From positions 962,536 to 1,026,535 of the forward strand of contig MU053594.1 of NCBI GenBank assembly GCA_013239625.1: a stretch of DNA of 64,000 bases. Reading direction: 5' to 3'. Below the pieces are notes generated by a model. That model had not been told where the DNA came from. It was given only the letters and a program-made list of their open reading frames with translations, and did no database searches. The position numbers were made by a program, and so were the translations under genes. Shown here in pieces: positions 24,999-36,000 of this stretch. The first letter of the stretch is position 1; each line of letters begins with the position of its first letter. The DNA comes from Lama guanicoe (lineage: Eukaryota).

Positions 24999-25019
24999 TT
25001 TGAAGATAAGAGGCTTAGC

Positions 25020-25230
25020 GAGCACTTCCTAAGTGACGGAAGTTTTATTCTATCCCATTTAATCTCCCACCGGGACACCTGAAGCTTAGAGGAACAATCT
25101 GTGTGAGGTCACTCGGCTAGAGAGAAGCAGAGCTGGAGCTGGGGCCTGAGCAGTACAGCACAAAGCACTTGCCTTCTAACATTAGACTGTGGCCATTTTA
25201 CAGATGAGAAAACTAAGGCTCGGAGCAAAA
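25020..25230 (-). mobile_element. MIR fragments
   Basis: 'ccattttacagatgagaaaactaaggctcggag' and an upstream MIR-like segment. Confidence 0.65.
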
Positions 25231-25837
25231 GCAGCAGGAACCCAGGGAATCAGAGATACTACAGGCTTCAGGATACTTCAACATCAGGATGGGTGAGAAA
25301 GCTGCAACCAGATGGGTGAGTTTACATTCAAGTCCAAAAGGGAGGGTCCCCACTCTTCAGCAACGCAAACAGAGGCAAGGTTCCATTTCTGGGGATACTG
25401 CCAAGTTTGTACAGATCGTATGGTGCACCCAAAGGTATTAGCAGAAGGCAAACCTAATCTATGAAATGTGCACAAAACCCACTTACATAGTAAGTAAAGT
25501 AAAAGTTTAAGGTCACTGTCTAACCATCTACATATCAACTGTCTTAAAAGCTTTCCATGTTTCTGTTAAAAAGAATATTCTGAGAGCAGATGTCAATCAT
25601 AGCATATGGTCTTTTTTCCCTCCTCAACTTTTTAGAGCTGTCGGGCCTGTCTCAGGGAAAGTAGAGGACAGAGTGGTCAGAGTGCCTGGTGGCTGAAGTC
25701 CCAGTGATAATCCTCTGAAGGAGACACTGCTCTTTGCCCACTTTCAGACATGGAACCCGAGGCCCAGAGAGGTGTCCCGCAGCCAGCTGGCACCTTCGGG
25801 GACAGCAGCCGTGGGGACTGGTATGTATGAGAATTAG

Positions 25838-26288
25838 TGTAACCTCGCAGGACCCCGTGGGGCCTTCCCGGGACAGACCCCTCCCCCATGCCCTCCGCTG
25901 TGGCTCCTCTCTGAAGTTACCCAGATAGTATCTTGTGCATATTTCCTGAATTTTTCCATGCTAAAACCCACCACCAAATGGAAGAAATTAACTACGTGAT
26001 AATCGTGAGCACATGGCCCCCAGACCTCTGGGTGTCTAAGGACTGACCACCATCAGCCAATTAGAGAACTGTGCACAAGCTGATCACACATCCTGGGGCA
26101 CCCCTCCTCACCTGGACTCTAAAAATGCTTTGCTGAAACCCTCTGGGAAGTTTGGGGTCTTTGGGGGCACGAGCCACCCCGACCTCCTTGCTCGGCCCTG
26201 CAGTAAACCTTCCTCTGCTCCAAACTCTGATGTTTCAGTTTCTTTGGCCTTGTGGTGTGTCGGGCACACAAACTTGTGTTTGGTAACA
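25838..26288 (+). mobile_element. ERV1-like solo LTR (lineage-specific)
   Basis: TGTAAC...GTAACA termini; imperfect 4-bp TSD TTAG/TTAC; CCAAT at 26057-26061, TATA-like TCTAAAAA at 26118-26125 and poly(A)-signal variant AGTAAA at 26202-26207, in LTR order. Confidence 0.8.
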
Positions 26289-26920
26289 TTACAAGAAAGT
26301 GAATGTGGAGGTGACTTCCGGGATGCCAGGAACACTCTCCCCCATCACAGAGCCAGTGCAACAGAGAAACAGTCCCGTGACCACACTTCCGCTGGAAATT
26401 TCACCCCCACATGGTGTGGCCTGGGACACGGAGGTTCTATTATGCTGCAATTCGCCCAGTAAGGCCTTACACATTATTCCTATTTGACATTTGCCTTTCT
26501 GTATCGCTTTATCTGGGGTTATAATCTTCAGCTCTTTGAAAAGATTTTTAAGTGTGACTTGACTTTATTTCATTCTTGTTTTAAGTGTGAATTGACTCTT
26601 CAGAGTGATTTTATTACACATAGGATCAGACTGTCCTGAAGTAAATAAACACTCAATAAATAAATAAGTAGACTCTCACAGGAAAATAGGCTTCACTTTG
26701 TTCATCTATTGTAATTCAGGAAAACCATGGCACAGTGCAACTGTGAGCTCCCGTACCACGAGCCGGGCAGGGACCATGCGTTCCTATAAAAGCACCAGGA
26801 GCATAAAGTCACAAATCTCAGGTGCTCGGGGCCGCCGTCTACATGGATCGCATGAAAGTCTAATAGATACAAAGCTTAAAAGATGAACAGCCAGTAACTT
26901 TCCACGTCTGTGAACTGCTC

Positions 26921-27118
26921 TCTATCTGTCCATCTGTCTGTCTATCTACTATCTAACCATCCATCTATCCATCTGTCTATCTATCCATTCATCTATCTTT
27001 CCATCTATCTATTCATCTGCCTATCTGTCTATCAATTTATCTGTCTATCTATCCATCTGTCTGTCTGCCTATCTATCTACCTACCTATCTATCTACCTAT
27101 CTATCCATTCATCTGTCC

Positions 27119-27181
<63 letters not shown>

Positions 27182-27315
27182 CATTCATCTGTCTATCTAT
27201 CCATCCACCTATCTATTCATCTATCTATCCATCTATCTATTCATCTGCCTGTCTATCTGTCTATCAGTTTATCTGTCTGTCTATCTATCCATCTGTCTGT
27301 CTGTCTGTCTGTCAT
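26921..27315. repeat. Compound (TCTA)n/(TCCA)n/(TCTG)n microsatellite
   Basis: Direct reading; pure TCTA core at about 27120-27180. Confidence 0.95.
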
Positions 27316-27549
27316 CTGCTCTGTTGCCAACATAAAACATTTAAGACTGTGAACGGAGAACTTCCCAGCCAGGGAGGTATCTTTGGCCCTCTTATGGAAA
27401 AGCGTCAACTCCTGTTAACTGATAGCTGTCAAAGCAAAGTTCCAACTGAAGGTGACTGAGAATTGTGTGTAAACATTAAGCAGAAATGAGAGGTTCTGTG
27501 TGCCTTGGACCAACGGGGCTGTGGTCATGCCAGCGTGGGCCAGGGAGGC

Positions 27550-27770
27550 AGCGCAGGATAATGGTTTGGAGTGTGGGCTCCAGCATCTGGCTGCCTGTGT
27601 TCAAAGCCCCGCGTCTTCTCTTCCCAGCTCTGGGCTCTAAGCAAGGTACTTAACTTCCCTGTTCTTCTCTTTATTCTGCTGTGAAACAAGGTGATTTTAA
27701 TATCAACCCCCTGGACTGGATTAGGTGAGTCACCCAGCACCTGGCATTCAGTAATGTGATTATTCTGTCT
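27550..27770 (+). mobile_element. MIR SINE
   Basis: 'ctgcctgtgttcaaagcccc...agcaaggtacttaacttccctg...cccagcacctggcattcagtaa'. Confidence 0.7.
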
Positions 27771-28870
27771 GCAGATCATTTTATATCTGGTTCTTCAGTA
27801 GCACTCAAATCAGTACAGGCTAATGAGCGCTCTCCTGATAAATAACCCAACTGCGCTGTCTTTTCCATGTTACTTTCCCCAAGCGCCATCAGAAGCGATG
27901 GGGTAGGTCTTTAGAAACAAACCACGATTCATCTTTTTTTCATAACTCACCTACAGCTTTGAAGCTCTCCCCTTCTCAGCGCAGAGCTTCAGATGACAGA
28001 GCTTCTAACACTCCCAAAGCCGATCAGCAGATAGCATAACACAGTTAAAAAGCCAGTGTGAAAAAAATAATAAAACTCTTTTATTCAAAGAAAAATTTCC
28101 TTGAGGTGAGCGCCTTCACTCACGGCGAAGAGAGAAGCATATTTTTATAACACGCTGGGCCTATTTTAGCAGACAGGATGAAATAAAATAAAAGAATTTA
28201 TCCAGCCTGCATGTATCATCAGGGGAGAAGAAGAAATATTATCGCTCTCATTTAAATTCATTTGCAATATATTTTTGTATCAAGAGGTATAAATAATGCA
28301 TGATGGCATTTCAGAGCCTCAGATTCATGCTCCAGTGTGTTCTATTACCTTACATTCTCTAGTCGCAATGTGCAGGGCTGCTTCAGAGGGAAGGATGGGG
28401 AGGGAACTGCCTCTCCCAGGGCTCCTCTATGTGTCTGAGTGCACATCCTTCCTCCCACCAGGATCACCTTCCCAGCAAGTGCACTGCGATGTCCTTGGGA
28501 AAGGGTCTCATGGCCACGCGATGATTCCAGTCACTGCCATTCCCCGAAATGGCCATCTTCTCTCTGCCCAGGGGAGCCAGTACCGCAGAGGAAGTCTCCC
28601 AGGGCTGCTGTGCCTACTGGGGGAGGAAACAGACTTCCTTGCCAGCTACCGTTTCCTAAGAAAATACTTATACAATAAGCAAACTGTGATCTTCCTCTCG
28701 TGGAAACACGTATGCCTTTATTTCATACCTATTTTAAGAATACGCTGACACCAGAAACGTTTTAGCTCAAAAATTTACCACCCTGCTTGTCCCTTGTAAT
28801 AACAATGGGAAAAAGCTCACAAACACATTTTGTGGCTAAGTTCTACAAATCACATTTGACAGCCTGTGTT

Positions 28871-28902
28871 TGTGCGCACGCATGCGCGCGTGTGCGTGTG
28901 TG
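28871..28902. repeat. 32-bp perfectly alternating purine/pyrimidine tract (Z-DNA-prone)
   Basis: TGTGCGCACGCATGCGCGCGTGTGCGTGTGTG. Confidence 0.85.
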
Positions 28903-30114
28903 GAGGAAGAATCAGCAAAGGAAAACACAGCACAGTGAAACAGCTAAACACAGATTGCTCTCTCGTCTTCCCCTAAAAGTGAAGGAAAGGTTGGTGGGTC
29001 CATCTTGGTGTGTGACCATGTCCTTAAGAAGTTATTGATCCAAAGATGTTCAGACAATAGTCTCTTACAGAAGAACATGAGAAAGAGCAGGCAGAAAAGA
29101 AGGAACCAGAGAACATATTCAATCCTTGCCTGAGATTCTGGTTTGGGGGAGAAAACTGATCAGACTCGGTCGATTACTAGGGGACCCAGCAAAGCCTTGT
29201 TTCATTTAAACAGACTTTATTGACCTTGGCTGAATACTGCCAAAGCTAAATAGCATGATGACACTATCGTCATATATCGTGAAAGGTATCATTATAGCAC
29301 AAAATAGTGATGCTCAATAAACCTGAAGTGAACTCTTAAAACAGGACAAATACTCGAAATCGTCTAGATCACATTCAACTCATACAACCATCTGCAGAGC
29401 ACCTGCTGGGCGTGGGCATGATGCCAGGCACTGTGGGGGTCTGGAAGCTGTGTTCAAGGTGGACCCTGCAGGGAGGAGAGGGAGAGGGGTCCTGAACACA
29501 AGGCAGAGAGCTGAAGGGCTCACAGTGACGTGCAGACTCTGAATGTTTGCCACCAGCTGGAGAGATCACAGAGGCATCTTTAAAAAGATGGTATTCCAAA
29601 TCCACCTTCAATTAAAAGTAAGATTTCAAGAGGCACGGATAGGGGAGGGGAGAGCAGGAGTTGGAGGAGAAAGTGTTCTCCACTGGCTGTGCACAAGCAC
29701 ATCGTGCCTCTGTTTAAAACCCTGTCACCCATGGGGTGGAGTAAAGCCGCCTGTTGATCTCTCCCCTCTCCCTTCTCCGGCCTCCTCCCTACTGTACCAC
29801 ATTTATCATCCCAGGAAGGAACGGTCTGCAACTCCCTGGGGTTTCTGTTCTGCCTCTCGCCCTCATGCTTTTGCACACATCGGTTCCTCTCCCCAGAATG
29901 CCTGTCTTCCCTCTCCTCCCCTCCCAGCTCCCCACAAGCCCTGGTCTGCTCCAGAGTCCTCCTGACCCTACAGCACTGAATTCACGCTCGGGTCCCTGGG
30001 CACAAGCATCCCCATCATCTGGGTAGAGTTAGCTCTGACCTCCTGATGCCCGCTGCACCTTGACTGTACTTTCTGGTTGACTGTACACCTTGACTATATC
30101 AAGAAGCCCTGGCT

Positions 30115-30213
30115 GGGGGCACAGCGGGTGGGTATAGCTCAGTGGCAGAGTGCACGCTTAGCATGCACGAGGTCCTGGGTTCAATCCCCAGTACTTACAT
30201 TAAAAAAAAAAAA
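30115..30213 (+). mobile_element. tRNA-Ala-derived camelid SINE, short tail-less variant
   Basis: 'gggtatagctcagtggcagagtgcacgcttagcatgcacgaggtcctgggttcaatccccagtac' followed by poly-A. TSD AAG(A/C)AGCCCTGGCT at 30101-30114 and 30214-30227. Confidence 0.9.
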
Positions 30214-30717
30214 AAGCAGCCCTGGCTTCTGCGGGGTATAAAAAAAAATGAATTTCTATTTTCCCATCATTACCTTCAGCTCCGCTCTGTCAGATCCCCC
30301 TTTCCCATTGCTTAGCTACATCTGCCACAAGCTCCAGAACTTTCCTGGCAGCCCAGAGATTAAAGTCAGTCCACTCCCATCTAAAAGGCCACTTTAAAGC
30401 TCCTCCCCTTCCCTCTTTCAGTGCATGACGGGATGAGGACGCTCTCCTAGACCAGCTCCTGGGTGGGGTGTTGGCAGAGGACAGGGAGGTGGGAGGTTTG
30501 CACTCTTCCTCCCTTTCTGTCTGAACCCTTCTGATGTTTGGGTGAGGGAAGGGGAGACCAAGACACACAAGAGTCTGGGAAGGTGGGAACCGGGCATCAC
30601 CAAGGGAACAGATAGGACAGCCATCGCTCACCAGGTCACGTGACCACAGGCGGAGATGCTCCAGGTTGACCCACCTCCTGAAGGGTTCAGAGTGATATTA
30701 TTACTGTTGTTTTAAAC

Positions 30718-30736
30718 GGGGGGGGGGGGGGGGGGG
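30718..30736 (+). repeat. G19 homopolymer
   Basis: Direct reading. Confidence 0.95.
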
Positions 30737-31409
30737 AACAAATCATAAAAAATATTTTTCAAGGACACAATAAAAGGGCTTAATAAGAGGAGACTTAAAG
30801 ATGTTTATACCTTCTCTTTACATTTCCCTGTTACACTCTAATGAAGCGGTTCACAACTGGTTTGTATAAAGTAGTCAGAACAAGTCTGAAGACAGCTTTC
30901 TCCATTACGTAACCAAATGGTCAATCTGTTGTACAGTAAGTCACTCTCCCAGCTTCACGGTATACAACAGCACACGCCCCCAACGTCACAACACAAAGAA
31001 ACATCTCCCTCCAGCATTCTTGATGTAAGAAGAGTTTTTAAAAAATGCTTTAACACAACCACGATAGCACACGTAAAGGTATGTAGGGGGTTATGATGAT
31101 CATATCCAGTTCGGGAATGAAAGAGTAAGACAGCGCTGGAATCCTGCACCTAGGTTTGTTTTTCAATTGTATATAAAATGTAAAACATGTTTTATAAAAT
31201 TTTTTCAGGGATTAGTCCATAGCTGACTGAAGCCTATCTTGCCATATGTTCTGCACCAATGACTACTGTCCTTATGGCTGCGAATAGTTTAAGACAAATT
31301 TATGGAAACCATGTCATGCTATTTCCTTGAACATTTAAATTAAAAACAAAAGCTTATATATTAATTTGTGTAATATTAGGAGAATCATAGTTCAAAAAGA
31401 AAGAAAATG

Positions 31410-31545
31410 TCTTACCTGTTGTAAAATAATAATAATACAAGTAGAAATGCAACAGCCAAACCATCCAGAAATGTTATTCCAGCCAGATGATGGGGGGTGA
31501 GGAGGGAGAGGAAGAGAGAGAAAAAAAAAAGTTGTGATCAGCAAG
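31410..31545 (-). other. Candidate recursive splice site or distant-branch-point 3' splice site abutting a 5' splice site (CAG|GTAAGA)
   Basis: Minus strand: TGCTGATC, then T10-CTCTCTCTTCCTCTCCCTCCTC, then no AG until TTATTATTTTACAACAG|GTAAGA. AG at 31417-31416, GT at 31415-31414. No minus-strand AG between 31565 and 31418. Confidence 0.5.
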
Positions 31546-31734
31546 AATATAAAATATTTCATTTTCTAAACAAACAAAAATTCATAATAAAATGAGCATC
31601 AACAATCATTCTATAAAAGATGAAATAAACTCTAGGACCACCATTTTGCTGTATTTGTTAGTTTCTCAATACAAATAGAATTATCCAATATAGAAACAAA
31701 AATTCCAAACAGAAATTAGTTTTATTTATATGAC

Positions 31735-31960
31735 AGAGCAATTTGTTTTGAACTACAGGCCACAAGCCTAACCCTGCCCACCACTTGTTTTTATAAATAA
31801 AGTTTTATTGGAACACAGCCACTCCCACTTGTTTATGTATTGTCTGTGACTACGTCTGCGATACAACGGCAGAACTGAGTAGTTGCTACAGAGTGCATAG
31901 GACCCTAAAACCGTAAATATTTACAATCTGACCCACTACAGAGCACGTTTGCCGACTCCT
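31735..31960 (+). mobile_element. MER58A (hAT-Charlie)
   Basis: 'ttgtttttataaataaagttttattggaacacagccac...gcagaactgagtagttgc...aaatatttacaatctgacc...gtttgccgactcct'. Confidence 0.85.
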
Positions 31961-32034
31961 ATTTAATAAGAGTAATGATAAAACTATTCCTCTACTTTTT
32001 CCTTCTCAGACAGTTACATCCCAATCAGCCCTGA

Positions 32035-32357
32035 CATGTGCTGTCCAACATGGTAGCCACTAGCCATGTGTGACTATCACACCCTTGAAATACGGCCAAT
32101 CAAAACTGAGATGTGTAAAATACACACCAGAGCTCAAAGACTTAGTAACGGCAACAACTGAAAGTTAAAATACTATTAATAATTTTTAAAATACTGATTA
32201 CATGTTGAAATGATAATACTTTTAGTATACTGAATTAAATAAAATGTTATTAAAATTACATTAAAATCTCAGGCATTTCGCTTTTTTTTAATGTGGCTAC
32301 TAGAAACATTTTAAATACATATGAAGCTCACATTTTATTCCTATTGACAGCAGTGGC
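32035..32357 (+). mobile_element. MER33 (hAT-Charlie)
   Basis: 'gctgtccaacatggtagccactagccatgtg...aaaatacacaccaga...tttaatgtggctactagaaa...ctattgacagcagtg'. Confidence 0.85.
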
Positions 32358-34639
32358 CTAGAGTCGAGGACAAATACAAATAATGTAAAACAAACAATGT
32401 TCTGAGAACTAGGTCTTTCCAGGATCTGATCCTAAAATATCACAATGCAACTGACAATGGTGTGTAGGCTATACTCCTAGGACCGAGAAGCAATTGGTCT
32501 GCTTTTTGGTTTGCTTAGTAACTGAATTGCACAACTTGTCTGAAGAATCTGGTTCTTGAGATGGCTTAAGAAATGAGAGGTAATGTTCAGCCACTGGCTC
32601 CATACAGACCCAGCATAAGTTGTTGGGATCAAAGTGTCTGGAAGTAAAAACTTTCAGTGAAGGTCAGTTACATCCTTCAACTTCCCCTCTTAGGTAGATA
32701 AGAACAATGCAAGCTCTCACCTCCCCCAAGTTCGCTGCAGCACATAAGTAAGTAAGGGGAGGTCAGAGGGAAGAGTAGAAAAAAAATCAAGTTCATCTTA
32801 ACGCATATGTGCCAAATACAAAAAAACAAATTTGAACAATACAACCTGTCTTACATAATTCATTGTTATTGCAACTCCACACGTATCCTGCTCAACATTT
32901 ACCTCACTTAATATCCAAAGGTCATTAGATACAAATTTGTTTTTTCATCAGTGAGTTTTCCCTTTGGTCAGGCATATTATTTCCATGTTAGTCTACGTAA
33001 TACAATTAGACAAACTGATGAACATTTACACGGATGATGACTAGACACCCATCACATCCACAGTATTTGTGAAATATAACCACTTCCCAGAAGGTAAACA
33101 ACCATTCCTCCCAAGGCCACACACAGCCCATCACATGAGGCGTGGCTGTGATGGAAACAGGCTGATTTTCATCACTCGTGAAAGCAGTCTCATGACTCAA
33201 GCACCGAGTAACCGCCACGGGGCAGGCATGGCAAGAAAAGGCGGGAAGCAAACATTTACCCCCCTCAGCATCTCCATGAGGTTTTATAAATTAAGCTATT
33301 TCCAATGCAATGGAGCAATGGAGGCCAAACCCCAAAGTTTTCAGGGAATGAACTGAAGTCCAAGGTTCCCTGTGCGCTGGTTAGAGCTCCCCCAGGGCTT
33401 TCTGTTACGTTTCAACTCTCCAGTCACCAAACTGCTACAGACCCCAAGCCAGGTCGGTCCACTCTGCTGGATGGTGAGGGATACAGGGGTGGACATAAGC
33501 CAGTTCTTCTTTGCTCTAAAGATGCTTAGAATCAAAAGGAAAATCAGATGAGCACAGAAAGGAACAGGATGCAAGGCGGAGCAAGGTAGATCGGGATAAG
33601 AGAAGCAACGCGCTAGGGGCCTTCACAGACACGACCCTCCCTTCCTTTTCAGCCAGAAGAAATTCAGCGAATTCCGTGGAAAGGCTGACTCGAGATGAAG
33701 ACTGATGAAAAGGTTCTGCGGAGAGAGAAATTACCTAAAAAAGGCAAGGAGGCAGAAACACAGTGGGCACATTGGAAGAATGGTAAGGAGCACACCGTGG
33801 CTGGAACATGGATTTCGGGATCAGTGACAGAGAATTCGAGCAGCATGTTGGAACTGGGTCATGGAGAGCGTGTCCATGCTGGGCAAAGAGACCGGACTTC
33901 ATCTGGCAGGACGGGGAGAATCACGTGAGACTCGGAATCGGGAGAAAGATGAGATGGTGAAAGACAGGAGGACACGGAGCCCTGGGCTGGGCACCCCGAG
34001 GCCCCCCATCGCGGGGGAGCACTCCCACCGCAGGGGTGACGCTGGCTCTCTGGGACCAGGTTTTGTTATTTTCTCTTTCTCGAAGGTGGGCTGGAGCAGA
34101 CGATCTCTAGATCCCCACCTGCCCCAGGAATAAGTCTGCGTCCAGGAAGAGAGCTGTGTGTTGGGGAAAGACAGATACGGCATCAGTGCAGCCCCTAGGG
34201 GAGCCGAGGATCAGGAAGGAGGTGACAGGGACACACGGACATGACAGCCCCCTTCCTCGTGTGTGTCTGAAACAGAACGAGAAGGCAGCATAGAAATACT
34301 TGAAGCACTGAGAAAAGAAAATTCTATTGGGCTTATTTACTTAATATATTGGCAAAACAGAAAGGAAGGGGTCACAGAAGATTGCAAGGGTTGGAGTCTG
34401 GGTCTCACAAGACCTGCACCCTCAGCGATTCGACTGACACCAGCTGACACTTATTAATAAACTGTCGATGGGCAGACACTGTGCAGGGCAAGGGTCTCGT
34501 TGATGAGTAAGACAGGGTCCCTGTGCCGAGGCGTTTCATTCCGGCACAGGTGTGAGGCCGCTGCTGGTTTGCATTTCTGTTTCTGCTCTGGTATGACTGT
34601 TAGAGGGGAGAACAGCGGGGCACGACTGCCATCTCAGCC

Positions 34640-34880
34640 TTGGACTAGACCCCTGACAGCCGAGGGCAGAGGGCAAAGCACTCTGAATTCACAAACCCAG
34701 CTCTCTTGCCTTGTTCCCTGCATCACTTTGAGCAACTCCTGGAACCTTTCTGAGCTTCAATTGCTTCATCTGTCAAAGGCGGTTGATAACACTGTCCTTC
34801 GTGAATTATGAAGAGGATTAGATAAGCTTACATAGGTGGGAGCACTTTGTGAATCTCAAAATGCTTTACGATTGTTACCT
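34640..34880 (+). mobile_element. MIR SINE
   Basis: 'aacctttctgagcttcaattgcttcatctgtcaaagg...gaggattagataagcttacat'. Confidence 0.7.
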
Positions 34881-34899
34881 GATGTGGTGGTTCATTCTC

Positions 34900-36000
34900 A
34901 GGTGCTGGTGTGACATCCAGGTAGCCAATAAAAATACAGATATATAGATGGGGAGAGGGGTCTAGCTAAAGATAAGTCTGTATTAAGACGGTGGTTACAT
35001 TACTAACTAAAGATAAGTTTGGGTTAAGATTGCAGTTAATTAAGATTGTAGTTAAAGTCACTAGGACAGATGGAAACGCTAAGAGAAGAAGTACAGTGAA
35101 AAAAGCTGAGAGATAAACTTCAAGGGTCACCTGCCTTGATGGACTGGAGGAAGAAAAGAGTCAAGGGAAAACAGGAAAGTGTCCTAAATGGGAGCATCAG
35201 AAAAAACACTGGGCTGGGAAACCCAGGCTCTCCCACCTATTGATTATTTGGCTTTGGGCAAATTATCTAAGCCGATCGTCTTCAGAAGTACCACTGGGGC
35301 ATCAGAGATGAAGAGAAAAACACCAGAATCTTAGCCTATCTCTCTAGTGTCAATTTCCTCCAAAGATGTGAGGCTGGGAGAAGCGAGGGGGCATTCAGCA
35401 AGGTAGGATGAGAACAAGAAAAGTGAGGACTGTGCCGAAATGCAGAGAGCCCTAAGGAAAGAGAGGCTTTCAGAAGGAAAAGGTGGTCAGAAGTATCAAA
35501 GAACGTGGCAGACAAGGAGGACCAACCCTGAAACAGCTGCAGGACTGAGGGATGGAGGAGTCATCCGTGGCTTTGAAGAGAGATGTCTTCAATGTAGAGG
35601 GGACAGAGGTGGATGGCAAAGGATGAACGGAGGATGGGAGGTGAGAGCCGAGGGAACATGGGAAGGAGGAGAAGATGCAGAAGGGGACAACTGGTTCGGA
35701 CTATGGCATGGGGGAGATGCAGCGTTTTCAGGGAGCAGAGGGATAGAGCCAGAAAAGCCGGAGAGAAAGGAAAGCTGATGGGTCAGTTACTGAGGAGTGG
35801 GGCGGAGGGCCCGTGTGCAGAGTTTATCCTTATAAAGGAGAAGGGGCAGCTCTTCGGCTGAGGCTGTCAGGAGCAGAAGGGTTAAGAAAAGAGAAATTGG
35901 AAGCAGAAAAATAAAAATCAGGAAACCGTTCGTATCAGACAGATTAAAACTTCCAAACTGGAGGTGAGGTCATTTGCTGAGAGTCCAGGGCTGGAGCTCA
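34900..36000 (-). mobile_element. Degraded L2 remnant (purine-rich on +), probably with a small MIR insert
   Basis: A/G-rich sequence typical of reverse L2 ORF2, such as 'gttaaagtcactaggacagatgga...ggactggaggaaga...tgtgccgaaatgcagagag'. Boundaries uncertain. Confidence 0.5.

Noticed and set aside
26910..27335. 141-aa ORF with LSIY repeats
   Set aside because: Translation of the (TCTA)n microsatellite.
28296..28748. Longest ORF in the track (150 aa)
   Set aside because: No recognisable domain or convincing splice boundaries; this length is expected by chance in 64 kb.
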